Of a stretch of 64,000 nucleotides of DNA, positions 39,739-51,752 are shown in pieces. Numbering within the stretch: position 1 is the first letter of the stretch; every line of letters begins with the position of its first letter. The notes under the pieces are model-generated. The model made no database searches. It worked only from the letters and a program-made list of their open reading frames with translations, and had not been told where the DNA came from. The translations under genes were made by a program, and so were the position numbers. Source of the stretch: Octopus vulgaris (taxonomy: Eukaryota); assembly GCA_951406725.2 (NCBI GenBank), contig OX597832.1, positions 1,798,001 through 1,862,000 of the forward strand, read 5' to 3'.

Positions 39739-39788
<50 letters not shown>

Positions 39789-39790
<2 letters not shown>

Positions 39791-40770
39791 TGAGAAAGTT
39801 GGTGTGTGAAAGCACGTGGTTGAATATATAGAAAATAGTAAAAAGTGAAAAAACGACAGAAGGCTTGTTTTAAAAGGTTAAAAAATATATTTGAGTCATT
39901 ATGTCAGAAGAATGTTATAAAAATTTTTTCATACAGTGACATAGTTTTTGAAGAAATTACCGGTTTCGTGTTAACTTTTCAAATTTCTCAAAACATCGTG
40001 TTAAGTCTTCGTTATGAAGTGTAAAGAAGAGTTCCAGGTAAGGGGAGGTAATAAGTGATTTCTTCCGGTGTAAGGGAGATAATCGCTTTATATATCTTGC
40101 CTCTTTTATTTAATGGGGTGAGTTTCTCTGTATGAGAATGTTAGAGTGGTTAAGTTTGGGCTTATATTTTTCAATGAAGAATGTTTCCTTGTTTAGTCTA
40201 ATTTGTGTTGGTGTTCCAATAGCACATTGATAAAATGGAAAGATTAAAAATTGTGGTAGTCGTTGCTTTGCGCATTTCTCAATATGCTCACTAAAGGGCA
40301 TCATTCTGTATTCTGGGAATGCAATCTGTTGTCGATGCAGTGTGCATCTACGTCTGAGTGATAGTCCCGTGGACCACACGTAGTTTTGGTGGCAGCCCGA
40401 GCATTTTATGACATAAATTATGTTTTTAGAAACACAAGTAAAATTAGATTTGATCTTGAATTTTTGTCCCTCTTTGAAGATGAATTCTGATCCTTCTAGA
40501 AAGTTTGGGCATGTTGCGCAGTTTGGTCTACCAATTTTTTTTTACTTTTGCATCCGTAATTTTAGAAAACAAATTTTCTCTTCTTTACACTTCATAACGA
40601 AGACATAACACGATGTTTTGAGAAATTTGAAAAGTTAACATGAAACTTGTAATTTCTTCAAAAACTATGTCACTGTATGAAAAAAATTTATAACATTCTT
40701 CTGACATAATGACTCAAATATATTTTTTAACCTTTTAAAACAAGCCTTCTGTAGTTTTTTCACTTTTTAC

Positions 40771-40777
<7 letters not shown>
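39789..40777 (-). mobile_element. 5'-truncated Penelope-like element (Neptune-like Cys-rich linker and GIY-YIG endonuclease) with inverted pLTR copy, in (TA)n
   Basis: GRPNCATCPNF..NFTCVSKNIIYVIKCSGCHQNYV.STGLSLRRRCTLHRQQI..SEHIEKC..RLNKETFFIEKYKPKLN. About 39830-40030 is repeated inverted at 40578-40777. Confidence 0.9.
39952..39988 (-). ncRNA. Minimal HHR variant with U3:A8 core (decayed mirror at 40621-40657, +)
   Basis: agaaat-TTGAAAA-GT-taac-AC-GAAAC-CG-GTA-atttct. Confidence 0.6.
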
Positions 40778-40850
<73 letters not shown>

Positions 40851-41099
40851 GTATGTATTTATTTATGGATGGATGGATTGATGGATATATATATATATAC
40901 ATGTATATACATATATATGTATGTATATATATAGATACACACATATGTGCATTCGTGTATGTGTGTGTGTGTGTGTGTGCAATTATTAATTATTTTAAAT
41001 TTTCTTCTGTGAAAGAAGCTAGTTTCTATAATATACAAGGCTCCACCATTGAAATGTAGATAGCAAAAACAGTTTTAAATTTGGAAAAGTCTTGCATAT

Positions 41100-41950
41100 T
41101 TTTACTATTCCACTTACAGATTGTAATTGTATTGTGCAAATTTGCTAGCTGTAAGTTGTCACAGGCATTTACACACAAAACCATTCACATTATAATATGG
41201 AGAAAGAAACTGTAGGTGTCGAAGCAGTTATCCGCTTTCTGTTTAATTTTCAAAGAAATATTCACATCAGCAAGACAGCTGACCTCTATGAAGATACGTA
41301 CATTTTCTTGTCTATCCGAAACGGCAATATGCGACCTGTTATGTTTGCACTTTATAGAAGTTTTGATGGAAACGTTCCACCAATATTTCTGCTGTTGATG
41401 TTTATTGTATGTATTTAATAAGTGAAGAGTTCTCTATACATGTTCCAGGGCAAATGATTTTCGAATCGCACTGTATACTGTTTAAGAGACAACGTTGTGT
41501 CGCACAAGAAGGTAGTGCTTTGATGACATTTTTGGGCAGTTGCTAATCACATGTATCATGTCTTCCACCAAAATACATAATCTACACTTTCGATTGCATC
41601 TTGTAACTCCTAATGTTTCACTATCTCTTTTGTTTACTAAGTATTTCGTAGCAATCTCTTGTTCTTGAATTGCAAAACATGGCCTTCTAAGCGTGATGTA
41701 GCAGTCACGAATCCAAAAAAGGTTACATTCATGTCGATATTACTGCCTTCTTGTTTTTTCAAGTCTTCACCAAAATAGTCATTTTTTTCTTTATTTGGTA
41801 TGATGAGCGCTTTATATCCAGGTTTTCTTTGCAGTATGTTAGTCCAGCTGTTTCAGGATAGTATGGAAGATCATGAGGAAGAGAATGCTTCATAACGAGC
41901 TCATTGCCAATGCGTATGATGTTGGCTTCTTCGGTTTCCAGCATTGACTT
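41100..41950 (-). mobile_element. Decayed R4-like non-LTR fragment (CCHC and RLE), distinct subfamily
   Basis: FAIQEQEIATKYL..RKCRLCILVEDMIHVISNCPKMSSKHYLLVRHNVV..YWWNVSIKTSIKCKHNRSHIAVSDRQ..IEVSCLADVNISLK. Confidence 0.8.
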
Positions 41951-42126
41951 TATGTATTTAGTTCTTGCTGTTGTTATTTAGCGTAGGTGTAGTCTGTCTG
42001 TCTTTGTGTAATAAAAAATATTGGAGAAGGGAGTTGGTAAATCATTTTAATATATCTTTGGACGATCGTTTCATCATTATCAAATCAATTTTTGCTTCAT
42101 ATGATAAAGTCCAATTTTCCCTTTAA

Positions 42127-42665
42127 ATATATTTATTTATATTAAGGGCATTACTATATGTAAACGCCTCACGCTAGGAGGGTCTCTTAAAGTCAAAACT
42201 ACCATAATAAACACATTGTACCGAACGCGAGGGAATGCAACTCTCGAAGCGAGCCTTTTAAAAACAGATTCAGCAGCAGATCATATGATTTCATAATTAG
42301 TGCACAAAATGCACTTTTTAATCTTCAATGCATGCATAATCAAGACACAAAAAATGAACAAAAAATCAACATACCAGATGAACCACAAATGTCTCCAGCA
42401 TAGTATATATCACTGTTCAGACTTATATATCTATGTAAGAGGCGGGCTTTTCGAATTGCATCTCGGTACACGTGTTTATTCAGAATAAAAATCAGCACTG
42501 AATATATTCCGGTTAAATTTACAATTTAAAAATAGGATAAAATCTTTATAAGAAATTATCAAGTAGTTAGCGTGAAAACCCTCATAATATATTTATTTAT
42601 ATTAAGGGCATTACTATATATAAAATCCTCAGGCTAGGAGGGACTCTTAAAGTCAAAACTACCAT
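42127..42665 (-). mobile_element. Terminally redundant 460-bp unit with HHR variant at 42276-42331
   Basis: Direct repeat of about 78 bp (attaagggca at 42141 and 42601). Minus strand gca-TTGAAGA..AGTGCA-ttttg-TGCACT..GAAATC-ATAT-GATC-tgc. The repeat resembles that of 7579-8160. Confidence 0.65.
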
Positions 42666-43091
42666 ATATATATATATATATATAAGAATACAAAAAATGA
42701 GACAAGAACGAAACAGGCAACTACAAAACATCTAGACAGTTGGATGATACAAAAAGGGACATGAAAAAACAAGGACGGGTCATTCGGAGTTTTCTTTCGT
42801 CAGTCGAGTTCCAGATTATCTTTGCAGTTTCGGCTGCTTATATTCGAGACTGCTCCAATCTGGCCAGCCGCAAGGAAAATCTAATGTAAGAGCACTAGAT
42901 TCCTTGGAAGAAAGCAGCGAATGTATACAAAAACAAGGACGAAGAAAACATAGAAATGGTAGACAGATACAAATGTAAACAACAGGGCATTAACAACAGG
43001 TGTCTTTCGGCTAAGGACGAATTAAGTTAAGCTGGCGTATGTGGAAGTGAAGCATTACGGCAGGGACATAAGAGATGACAGGCATGGGAAG

Positions 43092-43141
<50 letters not shown>

Positions 43142-43566
43142 TTGGTTGTCAAAACCGCCCTCCTTACAAAGCAGGCTTTGTAAGTTTACTGGTTTAGTCG
43201 CCATCGGCCCAACTATGTTGAATTGGATTACATGCAAGCAGTAGCACTAAGTGTGACCTGACACATACATTTCTGCATTAACCTTCTTCGCGTTTTTCTT
43301 TTCATTTTTGTTTTCTTATTTTCTCACTATCCACCTCCATCCTATCTAACGTATAAACAGAGCCTGAAAGAATGCTTGGAGATACATTGCATATGTTATA
43401 AATATGCCTATTTAAAGAAGCTTAAAAGCATGAAACAATTAGTAGCTATTTTTGGTATATATATCAAATTGGTATCTCTCTCTGGATGTAGAACTATTTT
43501 TGTCAATTCTATATCTATACCTACATGTGCGTGTCTGGGTCTGTCTGTGTCTGTGTGTCTGTGTAT

Positions 43567-43600
<34 letters not shown>

Positions 43601-45219
43601 TGTATGTATGTATGTATGTGTGTGTGCAGGTAGGTAGGTATGTAGGTAGGTAGATAGGTAGGTAGGTAGTTAGGTAGGAAGGCAGGCAGGCAGGCAGGTA
43701 GGTAGGTAGGTAGGTAGGTAGGTAGGTAGGTAGGTAGGTAGGTAGGTAGGTAGGTAGGTAGGTAGGTAGGTAGGTAGGTAGGTAGGTAGGTATGAGCAAG
43801 TCTTTGTACATGTATGCGTTTGTCCTTTGAAGGGACATTACTCCAGTACACTCAGCCGAAAATTACTAGCAATGATCCCTGGAAGGTAGCCCAGTGATCG
43901 ACTGACGCCCCCTTTAAGTAAAAGCTCTTCGGCTGAAATGCCATCAAATGAATTATTTTAGTATATGCGTGCGTATGTATGTGTGCATGTGAATATGTCT
44001 TTACATACATGTGCTCGCACGTGTATATTTTTGATACTTACACATAAATACGCATACGTGTAGTGGTATGTATACGGGCTCTGTGTTTATGTGCTTGGTG
44101 TGTATGCATGCATACCCAGTTTGTATGTCTGTGATTTTCAGTATATGTGTTAGTTGTAGCAAAGTTCATCTGCAATAAGACACTCTCACACTCCTCGTAC
44201 TAACGCATCCTGCTTCAGAAACATCTGCATTTCAGCCCAATTCCCCACACACCTCACAATAGAAACTACTTCACTGACCAGCCTTATTACCATACTTCAA
44301 CACACAACTCAGTCATTGCAATGATCTTGAAGCAAAAATTACTAAGGCCATAAATTTCTATTCTGTCACACTCCGAACTCTGTCTACAACAAATAATTTT
44401 TTGATTCATTCCTATTAATAGCCAAATTATTATTCATAGTCACCTCCCTAAAGCTGACAGACAAATGTATAACCAAAAAGTCGTTCAAAATATAATGTTA
44501 GTACCACAAACATAAAAAAACAAGCACACAAACATTAACAGATATAATACAAAAACAAACGATCTCTCACGAAGCTCAGCACAAACAAGTCAAGTACAGC
44601 CAAGGGAAACCACCTCAAACTACATCAATTTTACGATTCTTCATAAGACTGTGATTACCGAAGCGCACTGTGAAGCATTCAAATTTCAGTGTGCATGTGA
44701 GAGAGAGAGAGAGAGAGAGAAGGAGGGAGAGAGAGAGAAAAAGAGCGAGTGAGAGAGAGAAAGAGAGAGAATATATGTGTTTATGTATGCGCTTGTGTGT
44801 ATACACGTACTTTACAGTATTGTTGAGCAACTTGTAGAAAACAAAAGAAAAAAAACATTTACGGGGCTAGAACACCATACATTTTGTAGAGTAAAATTCA
44901 TTCATAATATTTATTTGACTAGGACTTCAAGGTTCGCTCGCAAAGGCTCCTTCAACCAATGAACGTTTGAGTGATACGTTAAAATCGAAAACTGAAGTCT
45001 CATATCAGGTATCTCTTCTACGTGGATTATTCAAGACTAGCGGCACCCATGAATATTTCACGGAATTAATGGTAAACCTATTGGGTTATTTCTGAAAATT
45101 TTATCCAAATAACCTTAAAGCGTAGCCTTTATTGTGTCTGAAAGGAAAGATAGTCACTCATTTGCTGTTCATTGAAATGTGAAAGAAATTGGAATACGAT
45201 TCATGCACTTTATATATAC

Positions 45220-45264
<45 letters not shown>

Positions 45265-45471
45265 TTCCCATGCGTGTCATCTCTTATATCCATGCCGTAA
45301 TGCTTCACTTCCACATACACCAGCTTAATAACACTGAAGCAAAATAACATCAAATATATAGTGCGTGTGTTTTTAGTGGCTAAACTGGCAAAATGACCAT
45401 TCCGAAATATAACAATATGTGTTTCAACACACGACTTCACATAAAAAATCTTGCCCAACAAATATATAAAC

Positions 45472-45519
<48 letters not shown>

Positions 45520-45522
<3 letters not shown>

Positions 45523-45720
45523 TCAGTCATTGCACTTAGTCACCCTGGGGCACCGTGTTGAAGAGTCTTAATCGAACGATTCTACATGAATACTTAACTT
45601 ATTTTTAGCCTGGTAAATACTTTGTCCGGCTCTTTTGCTGAACTGCTGAGTAACGGGAACGCAAACAATCCGACAATAGTTTTTAAGCGGTGAGGTGGGA
45701 CAAACACAAACATATAGAAA
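45520..45720 (-). mobile_element. Decayed SINE family A, 3' part
   Basis: gtttcagtcatt..ctggggcaccg..ttttgctgaactgctgag..gggacaaacac. Confidence 0.65.
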
Positions 45721-45736
45721 TACACACACGCGCGCG

Positions 45737-45797
<61 letters not shown>

Positions 45798-45834
45798 TAT
45801 ATCCATACGTACATGTACATACTTACATCTATAC

Positions 45835-45876
<42 letters not shown>

Positions 45877-46524
45877 GTGGGCACAGGACGTCACGAAACG
45901 TGTACAACAAAAAAAAATACGAAGTATGTGTACATGGATTATGAACTATTTTTTCAAACAACGAAAGACACAAATGGAAACCAAGAAAAACAACATAAAG
46001 ATCGACCCTTCATCAGTTGTTGGTTGTTTTTCTACATCGTATTTCTAGCATTTAGCAACAATATACGCTTTTGAGAAAACAGTTGACCCCGCAAATCAAA
46101 TTAAATAAAATTTGGGATTTGGGGAGGGTCAGAATTGGTAACACAAACAGGATAGTGAAAACAAACAGGAAGGGCTGCTAGGCCTAAATGAGGTTGTGGT
46201 GGTGAACGCGTAAATCAAGCTTGGACAGGAGGCAGACAAGAACACGTCCTCCAGCTACAACGGAGAGAAAGAAACAGAAGTTAGAAGAAAGATGGCCAAT
46301 GGTCACGTGGGAGAATTGAGGGTGGAGTGAGAGAGAGAGAGAGAGTGACAGAGTAATAGGATAGAAAAGTGGGACAAGAGGAGCTAAAAGAATAAGAGAG
46401 AGAAGGAAAGAAAGACGAAAGAGTAAAAAGATAGTAGAGAGTGTGCATCAGAATATTAAGATAAAACTTACTTGGAAGAGGATGCGTGGCGTTCAATCGT
46501 ATAATAATATATATATATTCTTTT

Positions 46525-48008
46525 ATACTTTTTTGTTTCATTCATTTGACTGCGGCCATGATGGAACACCGCCTTTACTCGAACAAATCGAGCCCAGGAC
46601 TTATTCTTTGTAAGACTGTTACTTATTCTATCTGTCTGTTTTGCCGAACCGCTAGTTTACGGAGGCGTAAACACACCAACATCAGTTGTCAAGCGATGTG
46701 GAGTGACAAACACAGACACACAAATATACACACACACACATATATTTATACAGGGATTGGACAAAATAATGGAAACACCTACCATCATAGCATCATAATT
46801 TTGAAATATCTATAAAACTGTCAAAAGCTTGTTTATTTTTATGATTTTTGATTTATTATTATCGTTGCTTAATATGTTTTGCTGAAATTGCTATTTCTTT
46901 TCAGATATCATCAGAAAAGGTAATTAAAATCCATTAAAATGACAGCTCTATCGGACTTTCAAAGAGGTCAAATTGTTGGTGCTCGTATGACAGGCGCTAG
47001 CTTAACGAAAACAGCCGAAATGTTTGGTATATCAAAAAGTATTGTCTCTAAGGTAATGACACCCTTTGAGAAAGAGGGAGAAACCTCCTCGTCGAAACAA
47101 AACTCCGGAAGAAAACCAAAACTTTCAGATAGGGACCGTCGGACGCGTACGCTAATTATTAAAAAGGATCACAAAAGTACAGCTCCCAAAATTACTGCAG
47201 AGCTTAATGACCACCTCGAGAATCCAGCTTCCACAAAACCTGTTCGCCGGGAGCTGCACAAAGTCGGATTTCAATAGAGGGCTGCAATCAGAAAACCACT
47301 ACTTTCAAAAAGAAGCGTTGGAAAGCGTTTAGAGTGAAGTAAAAACCTACAGAATTGGTCCCTAGAGCCGAGGAAGAATGTTATTTTCTCGGACGAATCA
47401 TCCTTTACTTTATTTCCGACCACCGGCCGAGTATACGCGTAGAGACAGCCAAAAGAACCATTTTACCCAGACTGTCTTCTTCCAACTGTTAAACATGGAA
47501 GGGGGATCTGTAATGATTTGGCGGGGCTATATCTTGAAAATCCGCCTTCATGGCAGAATTAATAATCAAGGCTATTTAAGCATTTTATCTGATTAAATTC
47601 ATCCTATGGTTGCAGAACTATTTCCGGAGGGAAACGCAATCTTTCAGGATGATAATGCACCAATTTACTCAGCTGACGTTGTAACTGAATGGCACGAGGA
47701 ACATTCTAGTGAAGTTTAACAACTTATCTGGTCACCACAGTCGACAGATTTCAATATTATTGAATATTTATGTGCATTTTAGAAAAACAAATAAGGAGTC
47801 AATATCCTCCAGCATCATCACTACAAGAACTGGAGACTGTTCTAACTGAAGAATGGACAAAATTCCGTTGGAAACAATTCAAACTTCGTACGAATCCATA
47901 TGTCGTAGAATTCAAGGTGTAATTACTGCCAAAGCCGGTCCTATCCCATATTAAAATCAATTTGCCTGAAATTTTAAGGTGTTTCCATTATTTTGTCCAA
48001 CCCCTGTA

Positions 48009-48040
<32 letters not shown>

Positions 48041-48186
48041 CGATGGGCTTCTTTCAGTTTCCGCCTACCAAATCCACTCACTAGGTTTTGGTCAGCCCGA
48101 AGCTAGAGACAAAGATATCACGCAGTGAGACTGAACCCGGAACCATGTGGTTAGTAAGCGAGCTGCCTACCACACAGCCACGCCTG
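46525..48186 (-). mobile_element. SINE family A interrupted by a Tc1 element in its internal (TA)n
   Basis: 3' half at 46525-46748 and head at 48040-48186 (cgatgggcttctttcagtttccg..ccacacagccacgcct). Confidence 0.85.
46751..48006 (+). mobile_element. Full-length Tc1 (DD34E) transposon, pseudogenised
   Basis: 30-bp TIRs cagggattggacaaaataatggaaacacct / aggtgtttccattattttgtccaacccctg with TA TSD. MTALSDFQRGQIVGAR..NSGRKPKLS, FSDES, FQDDNAP, WSPQSTDFNIIE. Confidence 0.95.
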
Positions 48187-48188
48187 TG

Positions 48189-48284
<96 letters not shown>

Positions 48285-49260
48285 AATAAATGGTGGGGTT
48301 GTGTTGACCGCACGTGGAGAAATGATAAGCAAGGAAAAATTGTAAAAATGCAGAATGCTAAATTGAAAAAAACTTTTAATGAAATGAGAAATTGATAAAA
48401 TATATAAATATATATTTATTCAAACCGGTTTTCGTCATGATGTGACTTATCAAGAATAGTTAGGTAAAAAAGTTTTTTAAAAATGAGAAAGGGGAAAAAA
48501 GAAAGTTGCATTGTTTTTTGCAAAAGAATAATAATAAATATGTACAAAAATTAAAAAATAAGTACTCCGATACATTGTGAGTTCGTTGTGTATCTTGAGT
48601 TTAATGATTGTTCACGAAAAAATTACCTTGAAGTATTAGGATCCAATGGGATTAAGACCATGTGTTGTTTGGTTTAATTAAGGATGTTGGCAAAACAGGA
48701 AGTAGTAGTAATTGTGGTTCTTCAGTTCCTGTGTTGTGAATAAGGGGAGACAACTCTTTTGAGTTCTTCAATTTGTGTTTCTCAAACTCCCCTGCAATAA
48801 AGGCTGCTAATAAACCCCAAATTATAAAATTATCATTTTAGCTTCATTTGCATTATCTTTTTTATATAACTGTTTGTTAACTTAACTTTCAGATTTTAAA
48901 TTATATAAATTTGCATAGACCAATTTATAATTACATTTCAGATTGTTATATCATATATAATAAAAATGATAGTAATAACAACAATAGTAAAAATGATATT
49001 TAAAGAATATAAGTTTTAGCTTGAAGTGATGAATGCATGGTATCCTTATATATTTGTGTTAGTCCATCCATGAAGAATGAGGTAGAAAAAGGAAGTTTGA
49101 TCAACGAGGAGTTTGCATATTAAGTTGTGTTTGGAATTTTTCAATAAAGAGATTCTCCTTGTTAATTCTCTCCTTTGTGGTGATCCCGTCTTTACATTGG
49201 TAGAAGGGGAATATATAGAATTTGGGGTTTAAGTCTTTAGCGCATGAGTCTATGTGGTCA

Positions 49261-49264
<4 letters not shown>
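48285..49264 (-). mobile_element. PLE 3' end (endonuclease tail and 3' region/pLTR) between microsatellites
   Basis: [48 protein letters not shown] (49101-49264) is homologous to the endonuclease at 40110-40300. Confidence 0.8.
48417..48458 (-). ncRNA. Minimal HHR variant with U3:A8 core
   Basis: tattc-TTGATAA-GTCA-catca-TGAC-GAAAA-CCGG-TTT-gaata. All three stems pair. Confidence 0.65.
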
Positions 49265-49336
<72 letters not shown>

Positions 49337-49337
49337 C

Positions 49338-49378
<41 letters not shown>

Positions 49379-49431
49379 TATACATATAAAAATATATATA
49401 TGTATGTATATTCATATATATATATATATAC

Positions 49432-49477
<46 letters not shown>

Positions 49478-50865
49478 TCACACATACAGACACGCAAACA
49501 CACACATAAGTATAGTACCTGCGTGCCTTTGTGCGTGTGTGTATATATATATAAAACTGTGTGAGGATGAGTGGGGAGTTACACTAAAGCATACATATAT
49601 CATGCTACATAAATCTGCTACAAATCTTAAAAAGAATTTAACTTAACATCAAACGTTTTATAATTAATTGTCAAAATCAATCCTATATAGTGTGGGGTCA
49701 GATTTTGAATCGCTAATGAAGATAACGAATTTTACTCATTTGTTTCACATCAAATAGAAAATTGACATATTTATGCGACTATCGACTGAAAATGTATATA
49801 GTAAACTGTGACTAAAGGTTGTTTTCTAATTTGGCTCGCACTCACACACGCGCACGTACACACATACACACACACACACACACACGAACACACACACATG
49901 CACATAAATTCATAAACATACAAACACACACACAGATGTACGCCAAGACAAACATGTGTAAATACATGTATAGTTATATATATAGTTAATATTAAAAAGG
50001 ATCAACACGAATGCAGTCATTTACGGATATACCTTAACATATGTTTGAACATGCATTAGTATGTGAATATTGAATATCTTATAAACCTATTTGTATGTGT
50101 GTATGCGCGCACACAGGTACACACGGTTAGTAATAACCTCAAAATTATTTTAGCGCAAAGCTCAAAATATTTCCTGATATAATACAAATTAATACTTATG
50201 TCCAATATTTCACTGTGTAATTTTCCTAAATACCTATATATCTATCATATCTAACTGCAAGCTGACCTATTCTAGATAAAGATTCATATATGAACAATTC
50301 GATTAAGAGAACATTTGTGGGTTTGACTAGATCCAAATTTCGCTTCAAAAATATTCTCTTCAAAATTGTTTTTTTTCAAAGGTTCATCGATCGATCGACT
50401 GACACTAGAAACGCATTTCGTTTACTCCTACAGTTATAATGTATTAATTACTTGCGGCATTTCTGAACAACATCAACTATGTTTTTCTGTCATGTTTTCG
50501 TAATTATTCAAATACTGATTTGCCTTTCAATATAGAGAATTCTCAATTCAGTTGATAGAGCTTGGATTTTGTACGGCATCATCTTACGTTACTACCGCAT
50601 AACTAATATATAAAACTACAACTAAGTTATCCGACTACGTGCTCACACCTAATCTAGAAAATAATTCACAAGATTCGTTGACGAGTGTCGATTGAGATAA
50701 TTTATATAAAATATGTCTCTTACGAATTAACAAGGTGTTTCGATGGCATCAAAAGCATTGGGGGAAAAAATACACTCATAATTTTGTACGAGATGATTTC
50801 TTCAGAAAAACACTTTAGTTACCGTATCTGGAGCCGTATAAAATCTCCGTTGTATTCCTAAATAT

Positions 50866-51048
50866 CAGTGTCAAATTTTGGTACAAGGCTAGGAGGAAGG
50901 GGGTAAGTCAACTGGTACTTATTCTATTGACCTCAAAAGAATGAAAGGCAAAGTCGACGCCATTTGAACTCAGAACATAAACTTGGAAAAAAATGACACT
51001 AAGCATTTTTCCAGCGCAATAACGATTCTGCCACCTCGCCGCCTTAAC
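50866..51048 (-). mobile_element. SINE family C with 15-bp TSD
   Basis: ctggtacttattctattgacctcaaaagaatgaaaggcaaagtcgac..gattctgccacctcgccgcctt, flanked by tgtattcctaaatat (50851) and tgtattcccaaatat (51049). Confidence 0.75.
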
Positions 51049-51062
51049 TGTATTCCCAAATA

Positions 51063-51203
51063 TAAGGTTGTCCCAAAAGTTCATAGAAAGTCTTGGAAAA
51101 TAATGGTCTTTATTTTGAGGAATAATTTTTGTTGTTTTTGTTAGTACTTGGCGAGTAAAAATTCAATTTTCGCAAGCGTTTACGAACTTTTGGGACAACG
51201 TAA
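51063..51203. mobile_element. Mariner-type MITE of about 140 bp
   Basis: TIRs gttgtcccaaaagttc / gaacttttgggacaac with flanking TA. Confidence 0.75.
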
Positions 51204-51691
51204 TATTACGTCCTACTTGTGAAAGGGCAGCGTTATGCTATCAATATTAAGTGTTTTAAAGATCTATTCATTGACGAAGGACCAGCTTCTACGTCTCTAC
51301 CCTTTGTTCAATAATGAATGATTGTGAATAATGAACGACCTGTTGGCGCTACACCTGCATCTCAATTCGATCCGAAACTGACCACTTCTGCAGGCCGCCA
51401 TATATATTGGCCCAAATGTTTGTCACACAACACGAATGATGTCCGAAAATTTAAAAAATCACATTTTCAGTCACTGATCGTTATCCACTAACTACAACTT
51501 TAATTTGGGGACAAATATTCAACCAAACAATTATAAACAAACGGAAATTTATTTTCTGTCAAGCTGAGAACATGCCGTTGCCTAAATAAATCCACGTCAC
51601 TCATTCTCTTAACCGTCTCGCATTCTGTTAGCTGAATCCACGTCTCGCATTCTCTTAACCTTACATACCCCAATTTCTTTCTCCATTTTTG

Positions 51692-51752
<61 letters not shown>

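Larger units (their letters stand above)
38803..39742. mobile_element. Retrozyme/pLTR-like element: one minus-strand and one plus-strand permuted monomer (about 427 nt) between (TA)n tracts
   Basis: Plus unit: aatatcggtacttcgttg at 39205 and 39708 (503 bp including a 76-bp tandem duplication at 39246/39322). 38803-39206 is the reverse complement starting at a different point. Confidence 0.85.

Noticed and set aside
42770-42835. Hammerhead from CTGACGA and GAAAC on the minus strand (similarly CTGATGAAGG at about 46010)
   Set aside because: The core halves are present but no consistent stems I-III could be formed.
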